Positions 60,561-64,000 of a stretch of DNA of 64,000 nucleotides are shown here, piece after piece. The first letter of the stretch is position 1. Each line of letters begins with the position of its first letter. The translations under genes and the position numbers were made by a program. A model generated the notes under the pieces. The model ran no database searches. It saw only the letters and a list, made by a program, of their open reading frames with translations, and had not been told where the DNA came from. The DNA comes from the human T2T-CHM13v2.0 reference genome, Homo sapiens. The stretch lies in NCBI RefSeq assembly GCF_009914755.1, contig NC_060947.1. One strand, 5' to 3'.

Positions 60561-62129
60561 TTATAAAATATTGTTTCCTTTGGTAAATAAAAGTCCTGGG
60601 AGTATTATATAACTCAATATGGTATTGTAAAAGAACGTACCTCTTGTTTCTGTATGTATCAGTACATAGCAACCATAAAATGCTCAGCATAGTGTCTGAC
60701 ATAGACTACATCTACATCTACATACAAATCACTAAATAGTAACTGCAGTTACAGTTATTACCGCAGCAATAGTATGTATTGCTTGCAGTACATATATTAC
60801 TTGCTACATATACTCTCTGCAGTAGCAAGTAATAACACAAGCTTAGGAATCAAATGGACTTGGATTTGAATCCTTGTTCTGCTACTTACTGGGAATTTGA
60901 CATCTATGAGCCTCAGTTACTTTTTCTGAAAAATGTGGCTATAATTACTTTTTTTAAAGCAGAAGTAAAACAAATTTTAGGTACATATATGTAGTATTTA
61001 CATATATTTATATACATCCATATCCATGACTATATTGTGAATGTGAATGTGTACTCTGTATGCTCTGTACTCAGAATAGGAAACGAAGATCCAGAGATGG
61101 CTTGACCACAATCATCATTTGCAAATGGCACTGAATTCAGGTCTTCTGTATTCAAGCTCAAGGCCTTTAAATGCAGGTTGTTTACTATCAAATTACTTTT
61201 ATTCCTATGGAATTGGTGAAGTTTATTTTACAAAGAAATTCCCCTTACTCTGTCTGCCTCACTTCTTGTTTTTTCAAAAGGTAGTACTTTAATACCTAAA
61301 TACCTTCAGCACAACTTTGTATTTCTTTAGAAAGGCTTGAAAGCTGTTACAAGTGAAAAAACTTTAATGTATAACAATTCCAACATTATTTTTCTTAATC
61401 ATTCACAAATATAAAAGATATATAGTATATTTGATCTAGCTAGGTAAACCATATTTACATCAATGTATTCTAATGTTTCTAGTTGATGTCATAATTTTAC
61501 CAAATGGATTACACTGAGGCTGAAAAATGCACTATTTGTATTAAAAACATGTTCATTTGAACATGGCATTGCATAAATGCCAACTTTAAGATCTAGGGTA
61601 ATTTTAAATATCTTATGTTTTGTTACTTTTCTCTTTTTAAGTTATAGCTCTCTTTCAATTATCCTTATCATTGGAGAAGGCAAATTGGCACAGACAACTT
61701 AGAAGAGTGGATAATAATCAATTCCCAGACTATTATATTTGATTCTGCAATATGTTGGGCTGCGTAGTGCCAAAACAAACAGTTTAAATGTAAATAGCTC
61801 AGTTGAGTGACTTATTTGGTATAAAATAGATTTTTAAAATACCAGGTTGTTTAGTAAATTTAACTGAGACAACTATTCTTGTAAGGTTTCTGCTTTTTTT
61901 TTTTTTTTTTTTTTGTATATTTCCTTTTTAATGTATGGCTACTTTTGTTATTTGCATTAATTTATATCCTTGATTATACTTAGGCTGAATAGTGAGAGTA
62001 ATGTGTTTGCTGAGAGAGAAACAGTTGCCTAAGAACTGGTGGGAAATGGTCTAGGAGAGTAAAGTGATTGGTGGAAAATCTTCATTTTAAAGAAAAACTT
62101 CTGCCAACTTTTATCATTTTTTCTCATAC

Positions 62130-62362
62130 CTTCTGCTTGATGATCATCTCGTTGATATCCTCAAGGTCACCCACCATCACCCTCTGTGATTTTATAACTT
62201 GATCAAGCAGAGAAAGCCAGTCGGTAAGTTCTGTCCAAGCCCGGTTGAAATCTGCCAGAGCAGGTACCTCCAACATCAAGGAAGATGGCATTTCTAGTTT
62301 GGAGATGGCAGTTTCCTTAGTAACCACAGGTTGTGTCACCAGAGTAACAGTCTGAGTAGGAG
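62130..62362 (-). CDS. DMD: Dystrophin exon 51 (233 bp; end of hinge 3 and start of spectrin-like repeat 20)
   Basis: Translation PTQTVTLVTQPVVTKETAISKLEMPSSLMLEVPALADFNRAWTELTDWLSLLDQVIKSQRVMVGDLEDINEMIIKQK is dystrophin. Acceptor ttttag|CTCC at 62363/62362 and donor AAG|gtatga at 62130/62129. Length 233 bp matches exon 51. Confidence 0.98.
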
Positions 62363-62420
62363 CTAAAATATTTTGGGTTTTTGCAAAAAGGAAAAAAGAA
62401 GAAAAAGAAAAATTAGAAAC
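62363..62420 (-). promoter_or_regulatory. Exon 51 3' splice-site region (candidate branch point and displaced polypyrimidine tract)
   Basis: Transcript reads ttctaat-(pyrimidine tract)-gcaaaaacccaaaatattttag|. Confidence 0.6.
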
Positions 62421-63104
62421 ACAAGCTAAAGAGCCAATTTCAATAACAATAAGTCAAATTTAATTGAAGAGTAACAATTTGAGCCAAACTCTTATTCATG
62501 ACATTATATATCTTTTTCTAACAATGTGGATACTTTGTTTAGCAATACATGGTAGAAAATGAAAAGATTCAACCTTTTCATTAATATACATTTAACAATT
62601 TTTTAAAAAACGATTTTGCTCATTCTCATGCCTGGACAAGTAACTTAAGTTAAATAAGCCTTCTCAGTAACAATCATATACATTGTGGAAGTGGTAAAGA
62701 AAACAAAAGTTTTCAGACCTTGCCAGGGAAATAAATTTTACTTATTTTTTTTTTATTCAAGAAAAAACAAAGGCAAAACAAGATGGGATAAGATCTTCTT
62801 TCTGATTTAAAATTCCCTTGAATAGGAAGTAAATTAATTTGAAGCTGGACCCTAGGGAAATCAAAGCCAATGAAACGTTCTTGTCTTAGCTCTGTATTTT
62901 ATACTGGGAGCAGTTTATCATATTTTTTTCTTTTTATTTCAGATTGTTAGTAAACTGGCCAGCAGTGAAGAAAAACCAAGATACAATATTTTCTTAAAAA
63001 TGCGAGTTAGTAGTTTTTCTATTTAGACATGAAATACTGTTTCAAAGTCATTAAATAAATCTTAATATGAATAGTGTTGGACACTGTAGAGTAAGTCAGC
63101 CTAT

Positions 63105-63380
63105 GGTAATGGTTAAGATGCATAGTACTAGAATTAAAATGCCTGGTAGACAATCCTGTTCTCTGCCCTAGGAACTCTGGGACCTTGGTAAAGCCACATA
63201 ACCTCTCTAAGTTTCAGTTCTAACTTTTGTTCAGTACTAGCAATAAGCAGTAAGCAAGGCAAAGTGGGAAGCATTTTTCATGTATTTACCTTAAAAGAGG
63301 AATAATAACAGGGTAAATGTCATAAGGGCAGTTGTGTAGATTCAGTGAGTAGTACAAGCAATACACGTATGACAATGCCA
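63105..63380 (+). mobile_element. MIR interrupted by copy 2 of the 65-bp repeat
   Basis: gaccttggtaaagccacataacctctctaagtttcagtt ... aataataacag...gttgtgtagattcagtgag. Confidence 0.65.
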
Positions 63381-64000
63381 GAAAGAGCAGCATAATCATC
63401 ATCATCACAATAATATTATTACAGCGCCTGACACTATAGTAGGTGATCAATAGTGTTAGGTATTACTGTTTTTATAAACGCCTGGCTAGTAAGAAACACA
63501 GTGATGAACAACTGTGGTGAGAAACTGGAGATAAGGCCCCAAAATGTGAAATACTTGGGGAGTAGTCAGTCAAAAGTCCGTGTGTGGCCCTATATTGATT
63601 GAAGAGGGCTGAACTTGCTGGTGTGAATTGATACTAAATACCAACACACAGCTGGGTTATCAGAGGTGAGTGGTGAGGGGAAGGAATGCCTAATCAAGTT
63701 TATAGACAACAGACTCAAGAGCATAATATAACCAGAAGATTGGTGGCAAAATTATTGGACTATGTAGTTTGGGATGAAAGGTTTCAAGGAAAGCTGCAAA
63801 AGACATCTCAACAGGAGACTCACACTGGACAACCAGTGAACGATTCTAAGAATATTAAAAAAAAATGAGACATTGAATTTTCATTCTGAGGTAGCCAATC
63901 ATTAATTTTTATGGCTATGTAACTGTGCTTTTAAGGTTGTCTCCTCATTAGAGAAGAAGATGAGTAGAATGGAAGAATGTTTCTTGTCTCTCAAGCTTCT

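Overview
Human (primate) X-chromosome DNA inside the dystrophin gene DMD, which is transcribed on the minus strand. The window holds only two coding exons: exon 51 (62130-62362, 233 bp) and exon 52 (17785-17902, 118 bp). It also holds the whole 44.2-kb intron 51, the last ~1.6 kb of intron 50 and the first ~17.8 kb of intron 52. The rest is AT-rich intron with transposon fossils: 11 Alus, several L1 fragments, a full-length Tigger1 with nested L1 and Alu, MaLR/ERVL LTRs, hAT MITEs, MIR/L2 and microsatellites. Nearly all other ORF-track entries are repeat-derived or random. I found no support for a new multi-gene system. The most notable sequence-level observations are a 65-bp near-identical direct repeat bracketing exon 51, a twin-primed inverted L1, an L1 with a short 3' transduction, a young AluYg6-like insertion, a tail-less AluY and two local palindrome clusters. 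Repeat subfamily names come from remembered consensus sequences, not from a RepeatMasker run.
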